Source: Coriobacteriales bacterium (lineage in GTDB: Bacteria; Actinomycetota; Coriobacteriia; Anaerosomatales; JACRBU01). From it: a DNA stretch of 41,208 bases. A program made the translations under genes and the position numbers. Shown here one piece after another: positions 6,939-15,992 of this stretch (positions are counted from its first letter, which is position 1; every line of letters begins with the position of its first letter). The notes beneath the pieces were generated by a model. The model saw only the letters and a list, made by a program, of their open reading frames with translations. It was not told the origin of the DNA and did not search any database. The stretch spans positions 1-41,208 of the forward strand of contig JACRBU010000171.1 in the NCBI GenBank assembly GCA_016213085.1. Direction: 5' to 3'.

Positions 6939-7658
6939 ATGAGGAGATTCGCAGCGTTGCTCGCTGTGGCTCTGGCGTGCTCCCTCGCCATCCCCCAGCT
7001 CGCACTCGCCTTCGAGAAGGAGACCGTGGACGGCGTCGCGCCGCCCGAATACGACCTGCCCAAGGAGTCGCTGGGCTTCACCGAAGACCCTGACGCCCAG
7101 CCACGGCTGGGAGATGCGCCCCCGGATCGGATGGAAGCCCAGGGCGGCACAGGCGACGGACGCAACAACCTTTCGTTCGCGAAGTTCTCTACCGGCGACT
7201 ACTGCTGCGCGTTCAGCAATGCGATCGGGCACGCGGGTCTGTTCGACGCAGATCTGTTCGGCGGCAACGTCTACAACAAGTGCATGCACAGCGCGAACAC
7301 GAGACCGGTCAATGGTGTTCAGCTGGAAGCACCGATGAAGTACCGGCAATTCGACCGGGCCTTCGGCGTCTGGGTTCCGCGGGCCGGCCGCAGCAAGCGC
7401 GTCTCAGCTCGCAACTTCTGCAAGGCACAGCGAGGAGAACCCTACGACATCAGGTCCACGAAGAGCGACTACTCGAGGTGGTACTGCTCCAAGCTCGTGT
7501 GGGCCGCGTACAGGTCCGTCGGCTACAACCTCGATCCGAGTGGCGGCTTCTGGGTCACCCCCTCTGACCTCTACAAGGACGGCGACGCTGCGGTGTTCGC
7601 CAAGGGCTCGTCGGTACCTGCGGGGGGCGGTCTCAGGAGAGGCCGCCCCCCAACTTGA
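6939..7658 (+). CDS. Secreted permuted papain-fold (YiiX/YaeF, C92-like) amidase/peptidase
   Basis: GGAGGAGG lies upstream. The signal peptide is 'MRRFAALLAVALACSLAIPQLALA'. The order is 'GHAGLF' (His) first and then 'YCSKLVWAAY' (Cys), which is the permuted NlpC/P60-type arrangement. Confidence 0.6.
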   Translation: MRRFAALLAVALACSLAIPQLALAFEKETVDGVAPPEYDLPKESLGFTEDPDAQPRLGDAPPDRMEAQGGTGDGRNNLSFAKFSTGDYCCAFSNAIGHAGLFDADLFGGNVYNKCMHSANTRPVNGVQLEAPMKYRQFDRAFGVWVPRAGRSKRVSARNFCKAQRGEPYDIRSTKSDYSRWYCSKLVWAAYRSVGYNLDPSGGFWVTPSDLYKDGDAAVFAKGSSVPAGGGLRRGRPPT

Positions 7659-7671
7659 AGGGAGATTGCAG

Positions 7672-8790
7672 ATGGACGCCGCAGACCTCTCGAGGTGGTT
7701 TCGCCCGTCGTGGACGGTTGCGACCCTCACGCTGGCGCTGGTTCTTCTTGCGTCCGCGCTTGCGGGGTGTCGAGATGTCAAACCGGCGCGCGAGAACCCG
7801 GGTCCGCGCATAGTGATCCTCGCCGGCAGCAATCCCGCCAAAGTCTGGACCATCGATCCGAGCCGGCGTGAGGTTATCTCCAAGGTGAAGCTCAGGTCGA
7901 ACGCCGCGTTGTGTGACGTCGACGCGAACTCAGGCGCCATCGTGACGGGTCAATGCGGCGGCCTGGAGCAGGACGCTGACGACGTGGCCGGCATCGTCGA
8001 ACCCGGCGGCGGAAGGGCGCGTTACGCGCAGCTCAAGACGCCCAACCCCGTTGACGTCGCTGTCGTCGATGGCGTAGCCGTCATGCTTCACGGCTTCGAG
8101 CGCCGCGAGGGAGTCGTCGCAAGCAGCGTCGACGTGAAGTCCGGCAAGCTGATCACCGAGGGCTTCATGCGGCCTTATCCCCAGCGCATCGGGCGCTCGG
8201 GCAACCGGATCTTCATGACCTCGGCGGCGCCGAGCGATTCGCCGAGGGGGCCGCGGGCGGCGCTCTACACCGTGCAACCACGTACGCTGCGGGAGGAGAA
8301 GATCTGCGAGCTTGGCCTCTGGTCGGGAGTCCCCATTGCGGACGAGCAGTCGACGCTCACCACCCCGACGGTGCTGGTCATCGGGTTCGCCGACAACTCA
8401 TCTCCGCGCGGGAGGGCTCTCAGCAGTCAGTTGCTGAGGGTCGATCTGCGCTCGAAGAAGGTGATCCGGCGCGTCAGGCTGAGAGGCCTGAAGGCGGGGG
8501 CATTCGAGGCTTCGGTCCGTGGCGATAGGCTCGCCGTGCTCGACACGGCGACCGCCGCGCAGACAGCTCATGATGGGGTGATCATCTACGACTACCCGAG
8601 CTGTGCCCCCATAGCACGGGTCGCGAACGGCTCTCCCGGGGACGTGCTGGTTGCGGCAGGCGAGGTCCACGTCGCAGACATAGAGGCGGGTGTCCTCAAG
8701 CACTATTCGAAGGATGGCAAGCTCCGAGGCATCACCGAGGTCGGTGATCTCGGCGTGGCCGCCGACCTGAACGTCATCGGCGAGCCCTGA
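7672..8790 (+). CDS. Lipoprotein of unknown function (possibly beta-propeller-like)
   Basis: ATG 7672 follows GAAGGGAG. The lipobox is 'LASALAGC'. The track ORF starting at 7540 overlaps the previous gene. Confidence 0.55.
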   Translation: MDAADLSRWFRPSWTVATLTLALVLLASALAGCRDVKPARENPGPRIVILAGSNPAKVWTIDPSRREVISKVKLRSNAALCDVDANSGAIVTGQCGGLEQDADDVAGIVEPGGGRARYAQLKTPNPVDVAVVDGVAVMLHGFERREGVVASSVDVKSGKLITEGFMRPYPQRIGRSGNRIFMTSAAPSDSPRGPRAALYTVQPRTLREEKICELGLWSGVPIADEQSTLTTPTVLVIGFADNSSPRGRALSSQLLRVDLRSKKVIRRVRLRGLKAGAFEASVRGDRLAVLDTATAAQTAHDGVIIYDYPSCAPIARVANGSPGDVLVAAGEVHVADIEAGVLKHYSKDGKLRGITEVGDLGVAADLNVIGEP

Positions 8791-8971
8791 TTCGGAGCAA
8801 CGGGCCTCGACCACCTCCTGCGCCTGTCTCCATGCACGGCGCGGCCGTCCCGCGTGCGGTTTCGCATGAGAGGTGGAGGTGGAGATTCGGTGGAGAAGTC
8901 GGATAGCCTCATGTCACGGCGTAGACTTCGCAGCGCGTGGACACATACGTTTCACCGTGAGGAGAGACCCA

Positions 8972-9685
8972 GTGACCGCACCGGTTCGACGAATCCTGGT
9001 GGTTGAGGACGAGAAGGCGATTCGGGACGCCGTCGGGGCCTACTTGGAGAAGGAAGGCTTCTGGGTGACGCCCGCAGCCGACGGGCAGTCCGCGCTCGAC
9101 GAGTTCGGACGCCACAAGTTCGACGCCGTGGTGCTCGACCTCAACCTGCCGAAGCTCTCCGGTGAGGAGGTCTGCGCACGCATCAGGGACATCTCCGACG
9201 TGCCGATCATGATGCTCACCGCCAAGGGCGAGGTAGAGGACAGGATCGAGGGTCTCGAACTCGGCGCCGACGACTACCTCGTCAAGCCATTCTCGCCTCG
9301 TGAGCTGGTTGCTCGTGTGAGAGCGCTGCTGAGAAGGGCGCATGTCACCGAGGAACCTCAGCGCGAGAAGCTGGTCTATGGGCCACTCGAGATCGATGTC
9401 GCCGGACACCGGGCCTATCGTGACGGGGAAGAGATCGACCTCACGGCGAGCGAGTACAAGCTCCTGCTCACCCTCGCCCGCTACCCGGGGCGCGTCTATT
9501 CGCGAATGGAGCTCGTCGAGAAGGTGCTCGGCTACGATTTCGAGGGCTACGAGCGCACGATCGATTCGCACGTGAAGAACCTGCGCGCGAAGCTCGGCGA
9601 CGATCCGCGCCACCCGACCTTCATCTACACGGTGCACGGCGTCGGCTATCGGTTCGAGGCATCGCGCAGCGACAGCGGGCAGTGA
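8972..9685 (+). CDS. OmpR-family response regulator (canonical)
   Basis: GTG 8972 follows GAGGAGAG. The translation has 'RILVVEDEKAIRD', 'AVVLDLNLPKLSG', 'IMMLTAKG', 'DDYLVKPFSPREL' and the winged helix 'IYTVHGVGYRF'. Confidence 0.9.
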   Translation: MTAPVRRILVVEDEKAIRDAVGAYLEKEGFWVTPAADGQSALDEFGRHKFDAVVLDLNLPKLSGEEVCARIRDISDVPIMMLTAKGEVEDRIEGLELGADDYLVKPFSPRELVARVRALLRRAHVTEEPQREKLVYGPLEIDVAGHRAYRDGEEIDLTASEYKLLLTLARYPGRVYSRMELVEKVLGYDFEGYERTIDSHVKNLRAKLGDDPRHPTFIYTVHGVGYRFEASRSDSGQ

Positions 9686-9688
9686 CCG

Positions 9689-11059
9689 GTGAACAACTCG
9701 CGCACCACGCTCGCTCGGCGTCTTGCGGTCGCGTTCGCGGCCGTGGCTGCGATGACCGCGCTCTTGACGGCGGTCCTTGTGTCCGTGTCGTGGGACGTAC
9801 AGTTCGACCGCTACATCCGCAGCAATCTCGAGAGCGTGGCTCAGAGCTGGGCGCAGGTATTCGCTAGCGGCTACCAGCAAACCGGCACGTGGGAGGGCGG
9901 ATGGCTCGCCAACGTTCCGAGGTTCGGCATGATGCGCGGCGGCATCGGACTCGAACTCCTCGACCAGAACGGTCGGGTACTCATGCAAGACCTCGGGTTC
10001 CAGCGCTATTTGACCGGGGGGCCGGGTCAGCTTCAGCAGCCTGAGGGGCCGGTGGTCGAGACCCCGGTGCTGGTTGACAACCAGATCGTCGGCACCGTGC
10101 GCGTCTGGTCTCCAAGTACTGGACGCCTCCAAAGCGACATCGACGAGCGTTTCAGACGCGCCGCGCTCTGGGCGCTCGGAACCGCCGCCCTGCTCGCAGT
10201 CGCGCTCGCGACAGCGGTCGGTGTCTGGTACGCGCGCCGCGTCACGCGGCCGATCCTGCGCATCACCGAAACGGCCCAGGCCCTTCGCAGCGGCAACGAG
10301 CACGCCCGAACGAACATGGTCGGCGAAGACGAAGTCGGCTTGCTTGCGAAGACCTTCGATGAGATGGCCGATGCCATCGAGGCCGACCGCGAACTGGAAC
10401 GTCGCCTCACGGGAGACGTCGCGCACGAACTTCGCACGCCCCTCCAGGCGATACAGGCCACCGTCGAGGCGATGCAGGACGGCGTGCTCCCAGCCGATCC
10501 CGAGCGTCTCGAGGTCGTCCGGAACGAGACCGTCAGACTCGGCAGGCTCGCCGACGGGATCCTCGAATTGACTCGGCTCGAGCGCGGTTCGGTGCCCTTC
10601 TCGATGCAGCGCATCGACGTGGCGACGCCGGTGCGCGCCGCAGCTGATACCCATCGTGCGCTGATGGAGTCGCTGGATCTCGTGATGACCGTCGACATCG
10701 TCGAAGGACTTCACGTGATGGGCGACGACGAGCGCCTGCGCCAGGCTCTCGGCAACTTGCTCAGCAATGCCGCCCGATACACGCCCGAAGGCGGGCGCGT
10801 GGAGGTCTCGGTTCGCAAAGAGACGGATCAAGCGGTCATCACCGTTGCCGACACGGGAATCGGCATCGCCGAACAGGACTTGCCGAGGGTGTTCTCGAGG
10901 TTCTGGCGCGCTGACGAGGCTCGCTCGCGCGCCACCGGTGGCCTGGGAATCGGGCTGTCGGTCGTCAAGGAGATCGTCGAGCGGCACCACGGGACGATCG
11001 GCGCGCGGCGACGCGATGGCGACGGGAGCGTGTTCTCGATCCGACTTCCGCTCGCGTGA
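9689..11059 (+). CDS. Sensor histidine kinase (2 TM, HAMP, HisKA, HATPase_c)
   Basis: It starts 4 nt after the regulator's stop. The H-box is 'VAHELRTPL', the N-box 'LLSNAARYTPEGG', and the G-boxes 'DTGIGI' and 'GGLGIGLSVV'. Confidence 0.9.
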   Translation: MNNSRTTLARRLAVAFAAVAAMTALLTAVLVSVSWDVQFDRYIRSNLESVAQSWAQVFASGYQQTGTWEGGWLANVPRFGMMRGGIGLELLDQNGRVLMQDLGFQRYLTGGPGQLQQPEGPVVETPVLVDNQIVGTVRVWSPSTGRLQSDIDERFRRAALWALGTAALLAVALATAVGVWYARRVTRPILRITETAQALRSGNEHARTNMVGEDEVGLLAKTFDEMADAIEADRELERRLTGDVAHELRTPLQAIQATVEAMQDGVLPADPERLEVVRNETVRLGRLADGILELTRLERGSVPFSMQRIDVATPVRAAADTHRALMESLDLVMTVDIVEGLHVMGDDERLRQALGNLLSNAARYTPEGGRVEVSVRKETDQAVITVADTGIGIAEQDLPRVFSRFWRADEARSRATGGLGIGLSVVKEIVERHHGTIGARRRDGDGSVFSIRLPLA

Positions 11060-11105
11060 GCCCGCTGCCGGTCTCGGGAGAGCGTGCGGCAGGCGACGCC
11101 TCAGC

Positions 11106-11504
11106 CTACGGCCCGCTGGCGTTCGGCGGCGCGGTTCCCCGCTGGTAGACCCGCACATAGCCGGCGGTTCCCTGAACCGGGTACGACTCGGCCACCGGTC
11201 CCTCGAACCACACGTCGACTCGCTGTCCGACCGTGATGCCGCGAGGCTCGACCTTCGCGCCGGTCTCGTCGACGACCTTCGTCTTGTCGGTCACGCTCAC
11301 GGAAGCCTTGTCTCCGACGGAGTAGCTCGTGCCCCCCGGGGCTTCGACCAGCATCACGATCCCGCCCTGCGCGGCGTTGTCGACGGCCGTCACGTCTCCT
11401 GAGATCGCGGGCTCGCCCTTCGGCGTGTTCGAGCAGCCGCTCAGAAGCAGGGCAGCGCTTACAGCCATGCAAACCGCGAACGTCATCGTACGTCCGGAAC
11501 GCAT
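11106..11504 (-). CDS. Small lipoprotein, DUF3221/YobA-like
   Basis: The lipobox is 'LLLSGC' and GAGAGGA lies upstream of ATG 11504. The mature part is beta-rich: 'GDVTAVDN...GIVMLVE...VDVWFEGPVAESYPVQGTA'. Confidence 0.55.
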   Translation of the reverse strand: MRSGRTMTFAVCMAVSAALLLSGCSNTPKGEPAISGDVTAVDNAAQGGIVMLVEAPGGTSYSVGDKASVSVTDKTKVVDETGAKVEPRGITVGQRVDVWFEGPVAESYPVQGTAGYVRVYQRGTAPPNASGP

Positions 11505-11662
11505 CGGGAATCCTCTCGCTGAGACCTATGCTCTCTGGTAAGACGTTCCTGTTAGCGCCGCGGTTCTCACGAGGAACCGCGACCTGACGCTGATCGCGCC
11601 GCGTCACGCACGAGGCACACGGTCTGGTTCGACGCCCGGAAGGCCGCTACGAAAGCGGTGCC

Positions 11663-12619
11663 TTGGTCTACGCTCTGGGGACAATCGGTTTCATTCTGCT
11701 GTTCGCCGGCGGGGAACTCCTCGTCCGGGGCGCGGTGGGCATCTCCAAAAGGCTCGGCCTCTCGGAGTTCCTCATCGGGCTGACGGTCGTGGGGTTCGCG
11801 ACGTCCGCTCCGGAGCTGTTCGTTTCGGGCAAGGCAGCGTTGGACGGACTCCCGAGCCTGGCGGTCGGCAACGTCGTCGGCTCAAACATCGCGAACCTCT
11901 CGCTCGTGCTCGGCATCGCGTCGCTCATCAGACCCGTGCGCTTCGACCGCTCCGACATCCGCCCGGACGCGATGATGATGCTCGCCTCGACCGTCGCTCT
12001 CGTCGCCCTGGGTTTCCTCGGCTGGATCGGGCGCCTTGCAGGCCTGTTCTTCGTCGTCGCTCTCGTCGCCTACGTCGGCTATTCGTACCGGACGGAGACC
12101 GCCCGAGGTACGGCCGAAGAAGATTGGCGCGATGACGAAGTGGAGGAGTTCGAGCCGGCCCCGCCGTTCGGGCCTTCGGTGCTGTTCGTCGTGGTGGGCG
12201 TGATCGCGATGCTCGCGGGAGCCAACTGGATGGTCAGCGGCGCCACGGAGATCGCTCGCGCGTTCGGCGTCTCCGAAGCGGTCGTCGGCTTGACGGTCGT
12301 CGCCCTGGGCACGTCGCTGCCGGAGATCGCGACCTCGGTGGTAGCTGCGGTCCGTGGGAGTTGTGACGTCGCCGTCGGTAACGTACTCGGGTCCAACATC
12401 TACAACATCCTTCTGATCCTGGGGCTGACCGGCATGATCAGCCCGGTCTCCATAGCAGCGGAGATCGCCCGCTTCGACCTGCCGATACTTCTGGCGCTCT
12501 CGGTCGTGGTCGTGGCGCTGCTTATGACCACGGGACGCCTAAGACGAGGAACCGGGATGGTGCTCTGCGCGGTCTACGCGAGCTACGTGGGCGTTCTGTA
12601 TGCGACCTCAGTGCTCTGA
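11663..12619 (+). CDS. CaCA-family Ca2+/Na+ (cation) antiporter, YrbG-like
   Basis: It carries two alpha-repeats: 'GFATSAPELFVS...GNVVGSNIANLSLVLG' and 'GTSLPEIATS...GNVLGSNIYNILLILG'. The start is a TTG. Confidence 0.85.
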   Translation: MVYALGTIGFILLFAGGELLVRGAVGISKRLGLSEFLIGLTVVGFATSAPELFVSGKAALDGLPSLAVGNVVGSNIANLSLVLGIASLIRPVRFDRSDIRPDAMMMLASTVALVALGFLGWIGRLAGLFFVVALVAYVGYSYRTETARGTAEEDWRDDEVEEFEPAPPFGPSVLFVVVGVIAMLAGANWMVSGATEIARAFGVSEAVVGLTVVALGTSLPEIATSVVAAVRGSCDVAVGNVLGSNIYNILLILGLTGMISPVSIAAEIARFDLPILLALSVVVVALLMTTGRLRRGTGMVLCAVYASYVGVLYATSVL

Positions 12620-12716
12620 GAGCGCGGCGCTTCGGGTATCTTCGTGCCAGCGATGACACCAGCTCGCCTTGGTGCTGTCGCGACTCGACCGGTCGGCAGC
12701 AACAGGGGAGCGGCGG

Positions 12717-12938
12717 ATGATCTTCGGGATTCCGTTCACCTTCACCCACGTGATCCTCATGGGCGTTCTTCTGTTCGCATTGCTCGCCTTCCAGATGCTC
12801 GTCGGACTTCGGAAGATCCGATTCAAAGGCCGCACGCATCAGAAGGTGCACAGGTGGACGGCGTGGGCGATCCTGGGCGTTGCCGTCGTCCACGGCCTGA
12901 CGGCGGCGACCGTCTACTTCGGGCTGAGGATCGGCTGA
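12717..12938 (+). CDS. Hypothetical small 2-TM membrane protein
   Basis: ATG 12717 follows GGGGAG. The hydrophobic stretches are 'ILMGVLLFALLAFQMLVGL' and 'WTAWAILGVAVVHGLTAATVYF'. Confidence 0.4.
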   Translation: MIFGIPFTFTHVILMGVLLFALLAFQMLVGLRKIRFKGRTHQKVHRWTAWAILGVAVVHGLTAATVYFGLRIG

Positions 12939-12952
12939 TTCCGCCGCCGCGA

Positions 12953-12969
12953 GCTTCGGCTACAATGAC
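12953..12969 (+). promoter_or_regulatory. Candidate promoter, GCTTCG-N2-TACAATGAC (-10 TACAAT at 12961-12966), upstream of purC
   Basis: A near-consensus -10 hexamer lies 72 nt before the purC GTG. The same 17-nt pattern recurs upstream of purL at 31118..31134. Confidence 0.4.
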
Positions 12970-13037
12970 CGCGAGCCGCGCACGCACCCCAGTCGCAGCC
13001 GCGCGGCCACCCCAGACGCCTGGCTCAAGGAGCACTC

Positions 13038-13943
13038 GTGCCGCAAACCCCGCTTCGCCCTGACGCCCAGGGCAAAGTCCGCGACATCTACGATCTCGGC
13101 GACCGCCTCTTGCTCGTCGCGTCAGACCGCATAAGCGCATTCGACGTCGTGCTTCCAGATCCGATCCCGTTCAAGGGAGAGGTGCTGACGAAGCTCTCGT
13201 TGTTCTGGTTCGATCTTCTCGGATCGACCGTCCCGAACCACTTCCTCACCGCGGACGTGTCGACCCTGCCCGCCGAGTTCGAGCCGCACCTTCCCTGGCT
13301 CCGGGGTCGTTCGATGATGGTGAAAAAGGCGCAGGTCTTCCCGGTGGAGTGCATCGTTCGCGGCTACCTCGCAGGCAGCGGCTGGAAGGAGTACCGGCAG
13401 CAGGGCACCGCCTGTGGAATCGGCCTGCCGCCGGGGCTTAGGGAGTCCAGCCGTCTCGATGAGCCGATCTTCACGCCTTCCACGAAGGCCGAGATCGGCG
13501 ATCACGACGAGAACATCAGCTTCGATCGCGCCGCCGAGATCGTCGGTCCCGATGCCGCCCGTCGCCTGCGTGACGCCTCGATCGCCGTCTACTCTCGAGC
13601 CCGCGAACACGCTGCCGAGCGCGGCATCATCATCGCCGACACCAAGTTCGAGTTCGGGACGATAGACGGCGAGATCACGCTCGTCGACGAGGTGCTCACG
13701 CCCGACTCCAGCCGCTTCTGGCCCGCCGACGATTACGAGCCAGGCCGCGCCCAGGCGAGCTTCGACAAGCAGTTCGTTCGTGATTGGCTCGAGGCCGCGG
13801 GCTGGGACAAGCGCCCGCCGGCGCCGACCCTGCCCGACGACGTTCGGGAAGCGACCTCGGAGAAGTACATCGCCGCCTACGAGATGATCACCGGTCAGGA
13901 CTTCGTTCCCGAGGGCGCCCCGATGCCCCAGACGGAGAGCTAG
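13038..13943 (+). CDS. purC: Phosphoribosylaminoimidazole-succinocarboxamide (SAICAR) synthase
   Basis: AAGGAG lies upstream of the GTG. The translation has 'GKVRDIYD...LLLVASDRISAFDV', 'IADTKFEFG' and 'DEVLTPDSSRFW'. Confidence 0.95.
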   Translation: MPQTPLRPDAQGKVRDIYDLGDRLLLVASDRISAFDVVLPDPIPFKGEVLTKLSLFWFDLLGSTVPNHFLTADVSTLPAEFEPHLPWLRGRSMMVKKAQVFPVECIVRGYLAGSGWKEYRQQGTACGIGLPPGLRESSRLDEPIFTPSTKAEIGDHDENISFDRAAEIVGPDAARRLRDASIAVYSRAREHAAERGIIIADTKFEFGTIDGEITLVDEVLTPDSSRFWPADDYEPGRAQASFDKQFVRDWLEAAGWDKRPPAPTLPDDVREATSEKYIAAYEMITGQDFVPEGAPMPQTES

Positions 13944-14443
13944 TGTCTCAACGCAGCCCACATAACCCTCGCTACCAGAAGTTCTCCAAGCCGAAGGGCC
14001 AGACGCGCAAGTCCGCCGCGGCAGCCAAGCCGAAGCGCGCGGGCAGTGCGCCTTCGACGTCCCGCAAGACGGGCGAGCGCTCGAGGCCGGCGGACCGCAC
14101 CCAGCGCTCGATCCCGGAGCTGCCGCCCGACGTGAAGGTCTGGCGCAACGTCTGGTGGGGGATGCTCGCGGCCGCGATCGCGACTTCCGTCGCGGCCCTG
14201 GTGCTGCGAGACAAGCCGCCGTGGAACACCGTCACGCTGGTCGTGGCGTACCTGCTGATCTTCGGCGGGATCACCATCGACTTCCTCAAGGTCCGGCCGG
14301 TTCGGCAGGCGCAGCTCGCGGCGGCTCGAGGCAAGCGTCCCGCGGCCGAAAGCAAGAAGGAAGCTGGCGGGAAGAGCAAAGAGGGCAAGGCCGAAACGGG
14401 GCCCAAAGACGAGAAGAAGTCGTCGGATCGACGAGAGGGATGA
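13943..14443 (+). CDS. Hypothetical membrane protein with Lys/Ala/Ser-rich basic tails
   Basis: GTG 13943 overlaps the purC TAG by 1 nt. Two central TM helices ('WWGMLAAAIATSVAALVL', 'VTLVVAYLLIFGGITIDF') are flanked by low-complexity basic segments. Confidence 0.5.
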   Translation: MSQRSPHNPRYQKFSKPKGQTRKSAAAAKPKRAGSAPSTSRKTGERSRPADRTQRSIPELPPDVKVWRNVWWGMLAAAIATSVAALVLRDKPPWNTVTLVVAYLLIFGGITIDFLKVRPVRQAQLAAARGKRPAAESKKEAGGKSKEGKAETGPKDEKKSSDRREG

Positions 14444-14447
14444 GCGG

Positions 14448-14681
14448 ATGGCGCGCTACGAGATCTTCGTGACGTACAAGCAGGGCATCTTCGACCCGCC
14501 GGGGGCTACCGCCGAGCGGGCTCTGCTCAACCTCGGCTACGAGGGCGTGGATTCGGTGAAGATCGGCAAGTTCATCCAGCTCGAAGCTGACGCCGATCAG
14601 GCGGCCGTCGCCGCGATGTGCGACAAGCTGCTCGCCAATCCCGTGATCGAGGACTACCGCATCGAGCGTGTGGAGGAGTAG
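14448..14681 (+). CDS. purS: FGAM synthase subunit PurS
   Basis: The product is 77 aa. 'VTYKQGIFDPPGATAERAL..LG' and 'LLANPVIEDYRIE' are typical of PurS. Confidence 0.9.
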   Translation: MARYEIFVTYKQGIFDPPGATAERALLNLGYEGVDSVKIGKFIQLEADADQAAVAAMCDKLLANPVIEDYRIERVEE

Positions 14682-14684
14682 CGC

Positions 14685-15365
14685 ATGATCCGCTTCGCTG
14701 TCGTCGTCTTTCCCGGCTCGAACTGCGAGCAGGACGTCGTGTGGGCCGCTCGCTTCCTTGGCCACGAGGCCGAGTACGTGTGGCACGGCGACACTTCACT
14801 CGAGGGCTTCGACGCGGTGGTGCTGCCCGGCGGATTCAGCTACGGCGACTATATCCGGACCGGCGCCGTCGCGCGCTTCAGCCCCATCATGTCGGAGGTC
14901 GCCCGCTTCGCGGAGCGCGGCGGGCCCGTGATGGGCATCTGCAACGGTTTCCAGATCCTCACCGAGGCGCACCTGCTGCCCGGTGCCCTGCTCCGGAACA
15001 AAGGCCTCAGGTTCATCTGCAGAGAAGTAGCGCTCCGCATGGAGGAATCCGTCTGCCAGTGGCATGACATCGCTCCCGGGACGATCGTCAACATCCCCAT
15101 CAACCATAACGAGGGCAACTACATCTGCGATTCCGAGACCCTCGACCAGCTTCGCACCAACGGCCAGATCGTGCTTCGGTATGCCGAGCCCGGCGGCGCC
15201 CCGAATGGTGCGCTCGACGACATCGCGGGTATCTGCAACGAGCGTGGCAACGTGTTCGGCCTCATGCCCCATCCCGAGCGGGTGGTCGATCCGGCAGTGG
15301 GGGGCACCGACGGACAGCCGTTCTTCACCGCGATCGTCAATCGGATCGCCGAGGTGGCCGGGTAG
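14685..15365 (+). CDS. purQ: FGAM synthase glutaminase subunit PurQ
   Basis: The translation has 'FPGSNCEQD', 'LPGGFSYGDY', 'GICNGFQIL' (catalytic Cys) and 'MPHPER'. Confidence 0.95.
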   Translation: MIRFAVVVFPGSNCEQDVVWAARFLGHEAEYVWHGDTSLEGFDAVVLPGGFSYGDYIRTGAVARFSPIMSEVARFAERGGPVMGICNGFQILTEAHLLPGALLRNKGLRFICREVALRMEESVCQWHDIAPGTIVNIPINHNEGNYICDSETLDQLRTNGQIVLRYAEPGGAPNGALDDIAGICNERGNVFGLMPHPERVVDPAVGGTDGQPFFTAIVNRIAEVAG

Positions 15366-15430
15366 CACCCGCGAACGGACCTCCGCGCGGCCGACGTGAA
15401 CGGGTTCCAGTGCGCTGGAAGGACGTGCGA

Positions 15431-15856
15431 GTGCATCAGAGCATCGACCTCGGAGGACCGGTTATCTGGTTCTTTTACGCGGTGTCGGGGGTCGCGATCG
15501 CCGGAGCCCTCTACCAGCTGATCGATGTTGCCCGGCGACGAGACGTCGACTACGGCACGTGGGGGCGCGCGGTCTGGATGCCCATCCCGCTCGCGTTCAC
15601 GTTCGGACTGCTCGCGACGCTTATCGGAGGCGTCCTTGGGTTCGTGCCGGTGACCACGCCGCTGTACGGCGGCTTCCTGTTCGTCATCATGATCGCCAAT
15701 CTCGTGCAGCTTCCCGTATACCTGTTACGCGTCACGTACCCTACCCCCCGCCGCGCGATCGAGCGGGCCAACAATGCTGGGGAGTCGGCGCCCGACTGGG
15801 CGTGCGACGCCCTCGATCAGCGGGACTGTGACAGTGTGCGGGCTCGGCAGGACTGA
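15431..15856 (+). CDS. Hypothetical polytopic membrane protein
   Basis: There are three or four hydrophobic helices. I prefer GTG 15431 (GGAAGGA 7 nt upstream) over the track start at 15410. Confidence 0.4.
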   Translation: MHQSIDLGGPVIWFFYAVSGVAIAGALYQLIDVARRRDVDYGTWGRAVWMPIPLAFTFGLLATLIGGVLGFVPVTTPLYGGFLFVIMIANLVQLPVYLLRVTYPTPRRAIERANNAGESAPDWACDALDQRDCDSVRARQD

Positions 15857-15992
15857 CCGCGCACCCGTCGAAGTCCGAGTGTGATCCACGAGTCGCCTTC
15901 AGACTGAGCGCAGCGGCAGGCGCAACGTCGCCGCCCGGAGCCCGTCTCGGCGGCTCGCCGACGCTGGAACGTGCGACGAGGCAGGCGAGGAC

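Noticed and set aside
8909-11158. 749-aa minus-strand ORF
   Set aside because: It lies entirely antisense to the response regulator/histidine kinase pair, whose motifs are unambiguous. It has no recognisable domain and an Arg/His-rich composition.
12971-13037. Possible ZTP (pfl) riboswitch in the purC leader, suggested by 'acgcctggctc' resembling the CCGCCUGGGC 3' element
   Set aside because: The match is imperfect, with G changed to C in the GGG. I could not find the 5' sub-domain (GGGUCGUG / CCACCGGGG-type elements), and the leader is short. It is recorded only as direct repeats.
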